Of a DNA stretch of 64,000 bases, positions 48,426 to 60,200 are shown piece by piece. The translations under genes and the position numbers were made by a program. The notes under the pieces were generated by a model, which saw nothing but the letters and a program-made list of their open reading frames with translations, ran no database searches and had not been told where the DNA came from. The stretch is from a virus. Lineage: Duplodnaviria; Heunggongvirae; Uroviricota; Caudoviricetes. The stretch's first letter is position 1; each line of letters opens with the position of its first letter. The stretch lies in the IMG/VR virus record IMGVR_UViG_3300031555_004779, one strand, 5' to 3'.

Positions 48426-48817
48426 TGAGAGATAAAGAATTTTTTGATGAAAATATTGAGGAAACAATAGAATATTTAAAAACATTACCTCGCGCGGATA
48501 ACGTTCCTATTCCGAATGCTGGTACAGGAGAATGGAAACCAGCATTTGAACCCGCCAAAGAGGATGAAGAACTTCCAAAAGAAATTTGGATTCCCAATCG
48601 CCGCGAGCGTCGTTTAATGAAGAAACGTGGCAATAAAATGGAAAAAGCTTTATCTAAGTTTTATCAAAATGCCATTGATGAAGCGAGAGATTATGTAAAT
48701 ACACCCAATTATAAAAACGAAATTTATAAAGCACTTTACGAAAAAACAAAAGCAAGAAATGAAGAATTAGAAAAGGAGATTTCACAAAATGGCATTACAG
48801 CTAACGAAGGAAACTAA
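48425..48817 (+). CDS. Hypothetical protein
   Basis: Coupled ORF with NRRERR motif. Confidence 0.65.
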   Translation: MRDKEFFDENIEETIEYLKTLPRADNVPIPNAGTGEWKPAFEPAKEDEELPKEIWIPNRRERRLMKKRGNKMEKALSKFYQNAIDEARDYVNTPNYKNEIYKALYEKTKARNEELEKEISQNGITANEGN

Positions 48818-48998
48818 ACATTGGCGAGTAGATAGTGAGGATGAAGCCGTAGATATGATTGCTGAATATAAGGATAATGCTACAAAAGGCGGTTATATCG
48901 TGACTAAGAGCGGTTATAAAATTAAGACTAAGAAGTCTAAGGGTGAAATCATTGACCTTTGGGCAGAAGTTGAAATTACATTTTCTTATGAGGTATAA
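48789..48998 (+). CDS. Small hypothetical protein
   Basis: AAGGAG RBS, KTKKSKGEIID motif. Confidence 0.65.
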   Translation: MALQLTKETKHWRVDSEDEAVDMIAEYKDNATKGGYIVTKSGYKIKTKKSKGEIIDLWAEVEITFSYEV

Positions 48999-49003
48999 TA
49001 TAT

Positions 49004-49804
49004 ATGGACGATTTTATTTCTGATTTACTAAGACAACTTACAGAAAGCCTTGACGATATAATGGCAATTGAAGATGAAAAATTTGCTTTGGCTCAGGATT
49101 TAGCTCTTCAAGCCATTACCATGACATTAAGTGGAACTCAGGCTGATTATCAAATTGGTCAGGCAGTTGCGGCAAATAAGGCGGCGGGTATTAGTCGTTC
49201 TCAAATGATTGATTATAATGAGCTTCTTAAAGATACTTTATATAATCTAATTCAGAATGGATATAAGACTCGTTATAACAATCCTAATAAACATGAATTC
49301 CTTGATAGTTTCTATTCTCTTGTTGAAAAATATACTGATAAAATGATTCAGTTCTGGGATTTAGAAACTCCTGTTGTTTATGTACAGAGGTTACACGAAA
49401 ACGCTAAACTCCCCTCTTATGCAAGCGCTGGAGACCAGGGTGCTGATATTTATGCCTGTGAAGATATTACTATTCCCGCGAATAGTTTTGGCACAATTGT
49501 AAAAACTGGTTTGGCGATGGCTATTCCTTTTGGCTGGGCTATTGCAATTCGTCCTCGTAGTGGTATGAGTCATAAAACTCGTATGCGTATTTCTAATACT
49601 CCCGGAACAGTGGATACCAATTATAAGGATGAAATTGGTGTAATTGTTGATAATTTCTCTAATGAAGAATATAAAATTAAAACGGGCGATCGTATTGCTC
49701 AGTTTGTTATTGAAAAAAATTATCAAGCCAATTTTACCGAAACTGAAGACGTTCATAGCCATGGCGAAGATCGCGGTGGCGGGTTCGGTCATACTGGTGT
49801 ATAA
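49004..49804 (+). CDS. dut: Trimeric dUTPase with ~120-aa N-terminal extension
   Basis: GADIY, RPRSG, GTVDTNY, GDRIAQ, RGGGFGHTG motifs. Confidence 0.92.
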   Translation: MDDFISDLLRQLTESLDDIMAIEDEKFALAQDLALQAITMTLSGTQADYQIGQAVAANKAAGISRSQMIDYNELLKDTLYNLIQNGYKTRYNNPNKHEFLDSFYSLVEKYTDKMIQFWDLETPVVYVQRLHENAKLPSYASAGDQGADIYACEDITIPANSFGTIVKTGLAMAIPFGWAIAIRPRSGMSHKTRMRISNTPGTVDTNYKDEIGVIVDNFSNEEYKIKTGDRIAQFVIEKNYQANFTETEDVHSHGEDRGGGFGHTGV

Positions 49805-50529
49805 TGGCTATTAATATATATACTGTATAGGAAGATGCTACCAGCGCGGGCTGGTAGCTAATTTCTACAACATATAAAAACTTAAAAACATCTATGGAAT
49901 GGTAGTGCCCTAAAGGACATTTAGTTGAAATGACATATGAAGAGTGGCGCAAAACTCACTCTTGTGCTAAATGTAATGAAGCTCATTCTCATGGTGTTTT
50001 AAGAAATAAAATTCCTGACAAACCAGCAGGAACCTACCGCGTTCTTTCCCTTGACGCGGCGACAGGAGCAACTGGTTGGTCGTTATATGATAATAAAAAA
50101 CTTGTCGCCTATGGAACTTTTAATACATAGGAATACGATAAAACGGCTCGTATATACGAAGTATATGAATGGTTAGATGAAATGTTGGTTAAATCTAAAT
50201 GCGATGCCGTTGGTTTGGAAGGAATTTAGTTACAAAAGAATGTATAGATGTTTTAGACTCTTGCTAATTTATAGGGGGTAATTTTAAATACTTTATATGC
50301 CAGAGATATTAAGTATGAAGTTGCTTCTTCAAGCACATGGCGTTCTTTTGTAAATTTAAATAATCACGATTAGCGCGAAAACGCAAAAGCTAAAGCATAG
50401 GCTTGGGTATTAATGAATTATCATTTAAAATGTACACAAGATGAAGCCGATGCTATTGTAATGGGAAAATATTTTTCAAATACATTAAAAGAAAAAAAGA
50501 AAATTACTTGGGGTGAAGATATTTTATGA
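49804..50529 (+). CDS. Zinc-ribbon plus RuvC-like Holliday junction resolvase, 241 aa (ten in-frame TAG)
   Basis: TAATG coupling to dut. With TAG=Q reads WQCPKGH...CAKC, LSLDAATGATGWS, LEGIQLQKNVQMFQTLANLQGVI, STWR, QDEADAI. TGA 50527-50529 overlaps the next ATG. Confidence 0.88.
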
Positions 50530-50906
50530 CCGCTACTATTTATGATATTATTTCTGCAAATCCTGTATTTACCAAGATTCTACAGCATGAATTTACTGGT
50601 AAACAGTCCTTTATGATTAGCCGCGTTCTTCGTGCGCTAAATACTGAAACTGAATCTTTTAACAAGACTCGTGAAGAAGTTTTGAAGAAGTATGCTGAAA
50701 CTGATGATGCTGGTGAAATGATTATTTCTGAAGGAAATGTAAAGATTCGTGACGGCGAAATGGAATCTTTCCAGAAAGAAATTAATGAATTGCTATATGC
50801 TGAGTTAGATGTAGATGTTAAGCCTATTCCTGTAGATTGGCTTGATGATGTAAAGCTAACTCCTCAGGAAATGATTGTACTAGAGCCTTTTATTTCTATG
50901 GAATAA
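50526..50906 (+). CDS. Hypothetical phage protein (DUF1617-like pattern)
   Basis: FNKTREEVLKKYAETDDAGE...EINELL...LTPQEM..L. Confidence 0.65.
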   Translation: MTATIYDIISANPVFTKILQHEFTGKQSFMISRVLRALNTETESFNKTREEVLKKYAETDDAGEMIISEGNVKIRDGEMESFQKEINELLYAELDVDVKPIPVDWLDDVKLTPQEMIVLEPFISME

Positions 50907-50908
50907 AT

Positions 50909-50951
50909 AAAAAAATAAAGAGGATGACGAAAGTCATCCTCTTATTTTTTT
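50909..50951. terminator. Bidirectional terminator between replication block and tail operon
   Basis: A-run, AAGAGGATGAC-GAAA-GTCATCCTCTT, T-run. Confidence 0.85.
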
Positions 50952-53900
50952 ATGGAATTAATGCTAAAAGTTTTTCTAATTTATCATATGTTAAAGTCTT
51001 AGTTGCCCCACTACTATTTCTAAAAGTAATAGAACCATTATTTATTGTAATAGACTTTGCTTTCATTTTTCCTTCTTCAGTAATTGTAAAAGGTGCTTTA
51101 GTTGGATTAGAATCTCCTGCCCAAAATCTTATTGGTTTACTTAAAATTGGGTCAACGTATCCATCATTACCACAAATGCCAGCAAAATTACTTGTCTCGC
51201 CATCGCTTCCAGCGTATAATCTATCTACAACATGTAAATATCCATCATCATGAACCTATACAGTAAGCGTAGGATTATCTTTATTATCATATGTATAGAA
51301 AAATAAACCATGTTCTCCACTAGCATTTTTACCAAAGATAGTTATAGGTTTACCAGTTTTACTTAATAACTATAATCCATTTTTAGAATCAAGTTTCATA
51401 GAACCATCAGAAGAAGCCATTTTGAAACCATGCCAATCCAATACCAATTCTTCTTTTCCGTCTAACATATACATTAAACCGTCTTCATTTATTTTAATAT
51501 AAGAATTATTACTATAAACTGGAGAGCCATTAGAAGAGTCAGATTTATAAGCATATAGTCCTTCACTATTCCACTAAAATGCTGCCTAATCTCCTGACAT
51601 AATTCTAATTAATCTTGTATCAAGCTGTCCAGTGGTAATTAAATTAGCATTTATGCCCATTGGAGTTATTGCTGTTTCCCAATTGCGTTCATTGGTTTCA
51701 TCATTAATAGAGCCGGAGCAAAATACTCCACCGCCTCGTACAGCAATTTGTCCATATATGCCATTGTTATAAGGAATAGTATTAGTTAATACAAGACCGC
51801 CTGTATCATCTAAATGAAGATTAGAATCACTAAAATTAAAAGCAATATTATTATTATCTAACGTAGACTATAATACAGAAGGCTGTACTTCTCCGGAAGA
51901 AGTAAAACTCGCCGCGGCAATGTTATACATATTTTGATTCTATTTCATTGCTTCATTCTAAGCAGAAATAGAAGAAAATAAATCTTCAAATTTTGTTTTA
52001 TAATTTGAAACTATTACAGTATCTTCTTTAGGCTTGTCTAAAACATAAGTTAAACCAGATATATATCCATATTCTTTATAAACGTCTATAGAATAATCAT
52101 TGATATGACAAAGTTGGCCAAGTTCTAAAGAATTTATTTCATCGGGAATGTTAGCTACCTAAATTTCATAAGAATATTTAGGTTTGGAACTATCTTTCGC
52201 CACCTATTTAGCATCTAAATATAATTGTTCATTAGCTCTTGAAACCTAAAAGATAATATTATAAGTTTCTTCTAATAAATAACTAGGAAAATGTTTGTCA
52301 GATACTTTTAATGTAATATAAGGGCGTCCTTTACGCTCAAGAATCTAATAATCTTCATAATTAGTTAATTTTTTAGCATCAGGAGTAACATAAATCTTGA
52401 AATTTTCACTTTCAGTATTTACATTACGATAGTCTATAAAAATACGAGGATAAACAATTTTGTATCTATCAGAACCATTTCTAATAGTTAGCATTACATC
52501 CTCTTCAATAGTCTCTCCTTTGTCAAAAGAATATTTTACAACTTGGTATCTTTGATAATCTATATCATCGGATGTTAATAGTATTACTGGTATAATATTA
52601 TTGTTGCTACTATCTTTTAAAAAAGCATATTTAAAACCAGAATTATTATATAAATGACGAGAACTTAAATATTGATTTGATCCTAAAAAAGCTCCTGTTA
52701 AATTATAATAATCGGCATACTCTGTTTTGTTTGTATCAAAATCTTTGTTATAAATTAAATCTTTGTATATAGAATTTTGTTTTGGCACTTTAATTTCTAA
52801 ATAAGGAACGGTGTTTGCTTTATTAGATTTTACCGTATGAATAGTTAATTCAGTGCCCGCGGGATAAATTCCATTATCTGTTCCAGCAGAGGTTGGGGCT
52901 TCAAATGTATAATATTTTGCATCTAATAATACATAATATTTTTTATTTTCTGTTATTGTATTTTTATTGACAGTTATCCAAGTATATTCTGGATTCATTA
53001 AAGTAATACAAAAATCAGAAACAAGCCGAAGTTTTACTTCATTATTATCCTTATTAGCTTTTTCAGTTGTACCAATTCTTCGTAAAAAATTAGACGGTAG
53101 TTCTATAAAAGAATAATAAGTTCGTTTATCATCACTAATATCATCACTTGAAGCATAATAATATTCTTTTTGCTCTTCTTCAAAAAGAATTTCATCAAAA
53201 ATGATTGTAGTATTATCTACGGTTTCATTTCGCTTGTCTTTCATTATGGCAACATTATGGCCCTCACCAGGATCTTCATAAGATTCTGGCTGCCAATAAC
53301 CTTCACGTAAAGCTGGGCCTAAAGTACGCTCTAATTTAAAATTTAAAGCTTCTTTTTGAGCCAAAAGAGAAAGCCTGTTGTTATCATTTATTTTTATATC
53401 TTTTTTTAAACCTGACCAATTATCTTCGCTACCTTCGTCAGTACCTATTAAAGCTGAATATTCCTCATATTTTGCCCGCTAAGTATCTTCTTTAATCTAA
53501 AGGGAATTACAAATAGTTTCATATTTATTTTTTGGAAAGTATTCTAAAGATAAATAAATAACCACACCTTTTGATATATCAGCATCTTTACTTCCAAAAT
53601 ATTTTTCTCTTCCTTCTTCTGTGGCAAAGATATCATTATTTTTAGAAGTAAAAATAGAGTCTGGAAATCCATATTCATCTTTGGTTACATACCAACTATT
53701 CCTATTACTACTAGCATTGGAAGGAGCGTTTTGAGCATGTACTAATGGGCGGTTAACTTCCTATTCATCAACTATCATCAATGGAAAAAGAGATTTAGAA
53801 TCATCATAAGAACTATCTGAATATCCTTTAATAGTGGCAACATTTATACCTTCTAATCTCAAGCTTCCCTATAAAATTTCCATAGAGTCTTTTGGAACAA

Positions 53901-55413
53901 AAGTAATAAAATAACTATTGCCATTTCCACCTTTTAAAACTGGCTCATTGGATAAAGACTAAGCATATTTTTCATATGTTTTTAATTGTTCTTGAGCGCT
54001 TTCCATTGAAGCTTTTGCAGTGGCTTGCAATGCTTCAAGCTCATTTAACTATACAGCTAATTCAGAACCAATTTCTTCAACTGAAATTAATTCTTTATTC
54101 AACTTATGAATTTTTATTTTATATGTTTCTATCTCAGCTTTTTGGAAATCATTAATAGAGCCAACTTTATATAAATAATCAAAATTTAAAATAAAGTCAT
54201 CTAATAACGGATTTAATGAAGTATCTGCTATTGAAACATATCCAGTATCCATAGTTTCAGAGGCAATTGGATTAACATACATTTTAGTATAGACTTCGCT
54301 ACTATCAATAGTACGAGAAATAGTATTTAAATTATGTTTATAATTTATTACATAAGGCTTATCTGTTTTAATAGCTCTATTAAAAAAAACTACTTTTTTG
54401 CCAGTCCAAACCTAATTGGCATCATCCCAATAAGTTCTTTTAAAATGACCATCTGGGTCACAAGCGTATTCATAAGTACAGTAGACTTCAAATGTTTCTG
54501 CTAAAGTTTGAGTAATATTATACTTATTACTATTATAACAATCTACATAGCGTGCTTTTTCTCTAAAATTAGTTACCTATATAGGAGATAATTTATTATT
54601 TATAATATCCCAATTTTCAACATAAGGATTCTCATAAATAACACTTTCATCTCTTGGCTAATATAAAGGGCCGCTAGTACCGGCATTTATTAAAAGCCAA
54701 TTTACCATTTCTTTATCTAAATATTTTGCATCTTTGCTATTATAAAAACTGTAACCTTCAATCTAGCCAGCAGTACCACCATCAATAAAAGTATCAGAAA
54801 GCTAATCAAAATAACCACGCCAATCCATACGAATTTCATAACACCATGGAGTAAGCCATTTAACAACATATCCATTTTCATCTTTTTCATTGGGAAAAAC
54901 TTTATCTAACCAATAATCAATAGATGCTAAGGTAGTATCATCTTTAGCAAAATCTTGTTCTAAAACAGTGCTATTTAATTCAATTTTATATCCCTATTTT
55001 CCAAGTTCGGCGAAAGCTAAACCATTACAAGTTATTTCTTTATAAACTGAAAAGTTTTTGTCTCTTTTATTTATTATCTTATCAACGATAAAAGGAAACA
55101 CTTTTACTTCTTCTTCAGAAAACTAAATACTAACTTTTAATACTCTTGTATTTTCAACTAAAATCCCATTCTCAGCGTCTTGCCATCGTGGATTTATAAT
55201 CCGTTCATTAGGTGTTTCACTTAAATAAAATTTCGGAATTTTACAAGTAAAATTCTAAGTGCCATCATCTTTAATTTCCATTCGTGGCTCAACAACCTAT
55301 CCCAAAAAAGTGTCTTCATAGGATTGCAAGCAACCAATAAAGTTATCTTGCAATCCAAAGACATCAATTTTATACGGGCGGGCTTTTTGATGTAAATTTA
55401 TGCTTACACTCAA
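50950..55413 (-). CDS. Large tail tip/host-specificity (Tal-like) protein, ~1487 aa; needs TAG=Gln
   Basis: TTG 55413 with GGAGGG RBS. Track ORFs 54049 and 52345 are co-frame. Motifs WETAITPMGINANLITTGQLDT and FWAG...APFTITEEG. TAA 50950-50952. Follows Dit. Not every codon was checked. Confidence 0.75.
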
Positions 55414-55428
55414 AATTAACCCCTCCAA

Positions 55429-57246
55429 TCACGCATAAGTATATTTATATTCTAATTTTATATTTTTTACAGCAATTGTTTCATCTATTCCGTGATTAAA
55501 ACCTAAAATATGATAAGAAGCAATTTTACCTGTAGAAATATCAATGGTGTCTCCACCATCTATTTGTAAGTAGCTAGAAGCAATAATATTGCTACAATTT
55601 TCATCCTAAATTTCTTCTAAAACAATTACACTATCACTATTAAGTTGATTAGTTTTATATGTAATATAAGCCTATCCTTTTTCTCCCAAAAAACTTAAAG
55701 TATAAGGATAAAAATCTCCAAAAGTACCCTCTGTAGTTATATCTTCTTTGCGAAAACCATCGTTGCACTTCGCAAACATCATTAACATCATAATATTAAA
55801 ATAACCAAACCAATCTACTTCTATAGGGTCTTTAGTAATGGGATAGGGGTAAACAATTACTTTATTTGTCTTAAAACATCCTGGAAAATCGTCTTCTTCA
55901 TCATATTCAATATTTTCATAATCTCCAGCATGAAAAATTACTTCCCCATATACATCTTCAGTTACTTTATCTAAAGTTTCTATATGTTTTTTCGTCATTG
56001 GATAATTTGTATCATCGCTATCTATTAACATACCCTATTGAATTTTTAATTCATCATCTGTAGCATAATAAAAATTCTAATTTAACTACATTTTCTAAAG
56101 AACTCTTATTGCCCAAAGTAATACTTTTCCATTAATTAATTCTTCTTGCAAACGTTCTTGTAATTCAACTAAAGCTCCATGTTCATTTTCTTCATAAAAA
56201 TGCCAAGCAGCATTAATAGCTTTATTTACATCAGAACTAATTTCTGGTAAACCATATTTAAAAGATTTAATATAACGAGTATTTTTCCCAAAACCATTTT
56301 CACTAGATAAAATATTATCTGTAGTTGAAATAGTATTGTAGGGATAAATAGAATTTGTTATAGAATCATAAATTTCATTAAAATAAACTGGCTACCATTG
56401 CTTTGTATTTATTGAAGTAATAGAACGCTATAATGTAAATTCTATATTAGCCTCAGAAGCAATTGTAGAAGGATTATAAAAAGGAATAAAAGAAGCTTCA
56501 TCATAAACAATAGAATTATCAGGCTATTCTTCATATTCAGTCCAACGTTTAATTATTTTTTCATTTTCATCTTTTTCAAATAAAGTTTTTTCTAAAATAA
56601 CTGGCAGACTAAACCAGCTACCAGTAGCACATTTCACATTTTTAGTCCAGCTATCTCTTGCAGGTATATTATTATGATACATCATGCAAGCCGCGGCCTA
56701 TCCATTGTCATTCATATTAGCCAAATCAGCTATTTTTCCATCCAATACCTAATAAAAAGAATATGTAAAAGGTCTATCCTATATAAACTAAATTTTACAT
56801 TCGCCTTTATAAATTCTACTAGGAAAACTTATACCAGCAACTTTAGCTTCTTCCTAAAAAGGAATAAAAGCAAAATCTACTACTGTCTTAATGCGAACAT
56901 AACAATATCTATCAAACCAAGCATCTTCATAAAATTGCCCATAATGTCCCGGACGAAAATGCCGTTTAAAATCTTCAAATTGACGTTCTGTCATTCCATC
57001 TGTTGCCAAAGAATATGTATATGTTTTCGTTTTAAAATTAGTGCCCCAATAATACTAACCCCATACACCATTTACATTTGAAGTCTCATCTTCAAATTCT
57101 GGGGAACCAGCGAACTGGTACCGGTCGCCGCTTGTAACGGCGACCAGTCCAAATTCACTAATATGACGTCCAGCAAAACTGAAGTCAATATATTCTTTTC
57201 CCCAAGGCATGAGATTACGGGTAAGTTCTTCAACTTGTATACCCAT
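55429..57246 (-). CDS. Distal tail (Dit)-like protein with insertion, ~605 aa; needs TAG=Gln
   Basis: AAGGAG RBS. N-term DFSFAGRHISEFGL...PEFEDETSNVNGVWGQYYWGT. Co-frame with the 55672 ORF. Ends EYKYTYA-TGA. Lies between tape measure and tail tip. Confidence 0.75.
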
Positions 57247-57253
57247 ACTCCTT

Positions 57254-60200
57254 TTACCTCCTATTTACGCCGCGACCAGATGCGCGCGCGGCAATTGAAT
57301 ATATTTTATTTGTTATATCATTATAAAGTTCATCAACATCGTACTGATCATTGAGTTGCTGTACCTGTAGTACAATAGCGCCAGATTCAATATTAATTCC
57401 TCGATTTTCAGTTGTGTTATTGATTATGTTAGCTATAGAACTACGAATTGAAGCTCCGAGATTTGAAGCAAAGGAATTAAAAGCATCTTTCAAAGCTTCT
57501 CCACGACCGGAAGCCATAGCAAGTCCTTCTTCAAGAATACGATTTTGCTCAGCAGTAAGAATACGTTCTGGTTTAGATTTAGAACCATCAACCCAAGCGG
57601 GACCAGTATAATTAATTATACCGCCTTTTGCATATTTATTACCAGAATCTGCCTATTCTTTCATCCAATTTTTAATATGTTCAAATAGTTCTTTTTGCGC
57701 TAAATCTAAAGCTTCTTTTGGAGTTTTACCAGAAATAATAGCAGAAGCATAAGTGTCTCCAAATTCTCTTTTCCATTTTTCTTGCTATTCAGTGTCAGCT
57801 TTATTAAAGGAATCTTGCAAAGTTTTACCCTCTTTTGTATCCCAAACAGCATTAAAAGATTTATTCCCCTCTTCAGCGTAATACTATCTTTCTCTTTCTG
57901 CGGTAAAAATACCAATTTTCTTAGCCCATTCTGTTAACATATCTTCTTGTTGTAAAGCAGATTGTTCAAAGAAATTTGTACTATTGCCTAGCATAAAATC
58001 TTGAATTTCAGCATCAGTACCCGACATTACTTCATAAACTTTTTGCCAAATTACACCATTTTCTTGCTGATATTCAAGAAGCTCTTCTTGAATTTTAACT
58101 TGCTAATCAAGTAATTTTGCCTGATTCTCATTGGCTTCTCGGATATTTTCCAAAGCATTTTCCTAATTAGAGAAATATTCATCTTTAAACATTCCATCTA
58201 ATTGTTTTTCTAAATCAGCAATCTCAGAAGCGGAGCCACCACTACGACGCTTCAAGGCAAGCGAACGTTGTAATTGTTCTCTGTCTTGAATAGCAGTATT
58301 TTGCTCATACATCTAACGTTCTGCGCTAATTGCTTCCTAAATACCATTAGCATAAGCTTCATTAGCTTCTTTGATTAAGTCGTTTTGCTTTTTGAGATTT
58401 TCGATATTTTCTTTCCAAGCATTTACAATGATATCATAGATTTCTTTGGATAAATCAATTTCATTATCTCGAATCTCTTTTTCAATCTCATTGATTTGCT
58501 CTTCAAGCTCGGCCAATGTGCCTTCAGTTTCTTGAACAGTATCACGTAGTGCATCATAGTCATCAATTTGCTTTTGAAGTTCTTCATAGAACTTGGCAAC
58601 CAACTCTTCATTTTCAAGCTCTTCGCCATCAGTATTAGTATAAGACCAACCAAGAGATTGAACAAAAGCAAGTTGTTCTTCACCTGACATCTCATTCATT
58701 TGAGATAAGACTTCAAGAGCACCTTTGCCTCCATTAGTTTCATTGCCTTTCTTATATTGCAACAAACCATTTTCGTCAACCTCTAAGAATTGAGACCAAA
58801 TCTTATTGGTATTAATATGCTCGGCTTGACGTTGAAGTTGTAGTTGTTGGAAACGAAGTAAATCTTGTTGGGTATTTACTTGGTCATCTAGCAAAGCTTG
58901 AGTGGCACGTAGATTCTTTAAGTATTCTTTACCGTCAGTTATATTTTTGCGTTTAGCAAGAAGAACATTAATTTGTCCTTCAATATCTGCAATCTGGCGA
59001 GAAAGATTATACCATTCTTGTAAATCGGCGATATGGGCTTTTAGAGAATTTTCGTCTCCACCACCGCCGCCACCGCCACCACCGCCACCGCCAAGAAGAT
59101 CGGCAGCGGAAAGGCTATTAAGTAAACCTTGCCATACAGATTTTGCACGACGAACTGCGGCCAAAGCAGCTTCAATACCACTGCCTCCTGCAAGAGCTGG
59201 ACCAGTGACATTGCCAGTAGCATAAGCATTAGGCTCTAAAGGTAAACCACGAGCATTTTTCATTTGTCCGTTAAGAATACCTTTTGTCTGAAGATGATTA
59301 AATACAATAGCATTTTTAGGTAGTTTTACAAATTCTGCGCCGGTCTAACCAAGTAAATGATATTGACCATTATATACGGCTAATTCAGGGCCAAGTTCAC
59401 CGACAAGAGTTTTATTTGCTATTTGAGCTCCAGTTGCTAATCGTCCAATAGAACCATCGGCGTAAGCGGGACCAGTAATAGCATTCATAGTACCGGTATA
59501 GACTTGTGGAATATTTCCATTACGTCTTATATTATAAGTTATTGTATATTCAGCATTACCCATTGGAGGTACTTCGCCACTAATACCTGTTTGATAATCA
59601 ATTTGTGGAGTAGCATTATCTAGTGGTGGAACTTCGCCAGTAATTCCTGCATTATATTGAACATCTACTTCTGCAGTACCGCCATCAACAGTTGGAATTG
59701 ACTAATCGCCACCACTTTGTCCGCCGCCACCAATACCAGCACTATTAATTTGCAAATTAATTGGTGTTTCTAACGCAGTTTTTAACTAATTAAAAGCTTC
59801 CTAAATAGCATTAAATTCGCTTGTTGCGCCTTCTGAATTTATATTTAAATTAAGACCACCTTCAAGTGAAGTACGAATAGCTGCTACATCAGTTTCTAAC
59901 TAAGATATTGTAGTTGTTCCAGATTCACTAGTACTAAAATCAATACTATAAGTATAGGTTGTTGTTCCATCCGCGTTAACCGTAGAGCTGTCTATATTAA
60001 CTTGCTATCCAATTAATTCAGAAATATATTGAGCTGGGTCAACTCCACCGGTATCTCCAAGCTATATTTCAAAGTTTCCAGTATCAACTACATAGGTAAT
60101 AGTAGTTTCACCCTATCCTTCAACTACAATATTTCTAGTTCTTATTGTACGATTAATTTGATCACCAATCTCTTGAGTTGCTTCTGGGCCGAAACCTTCA

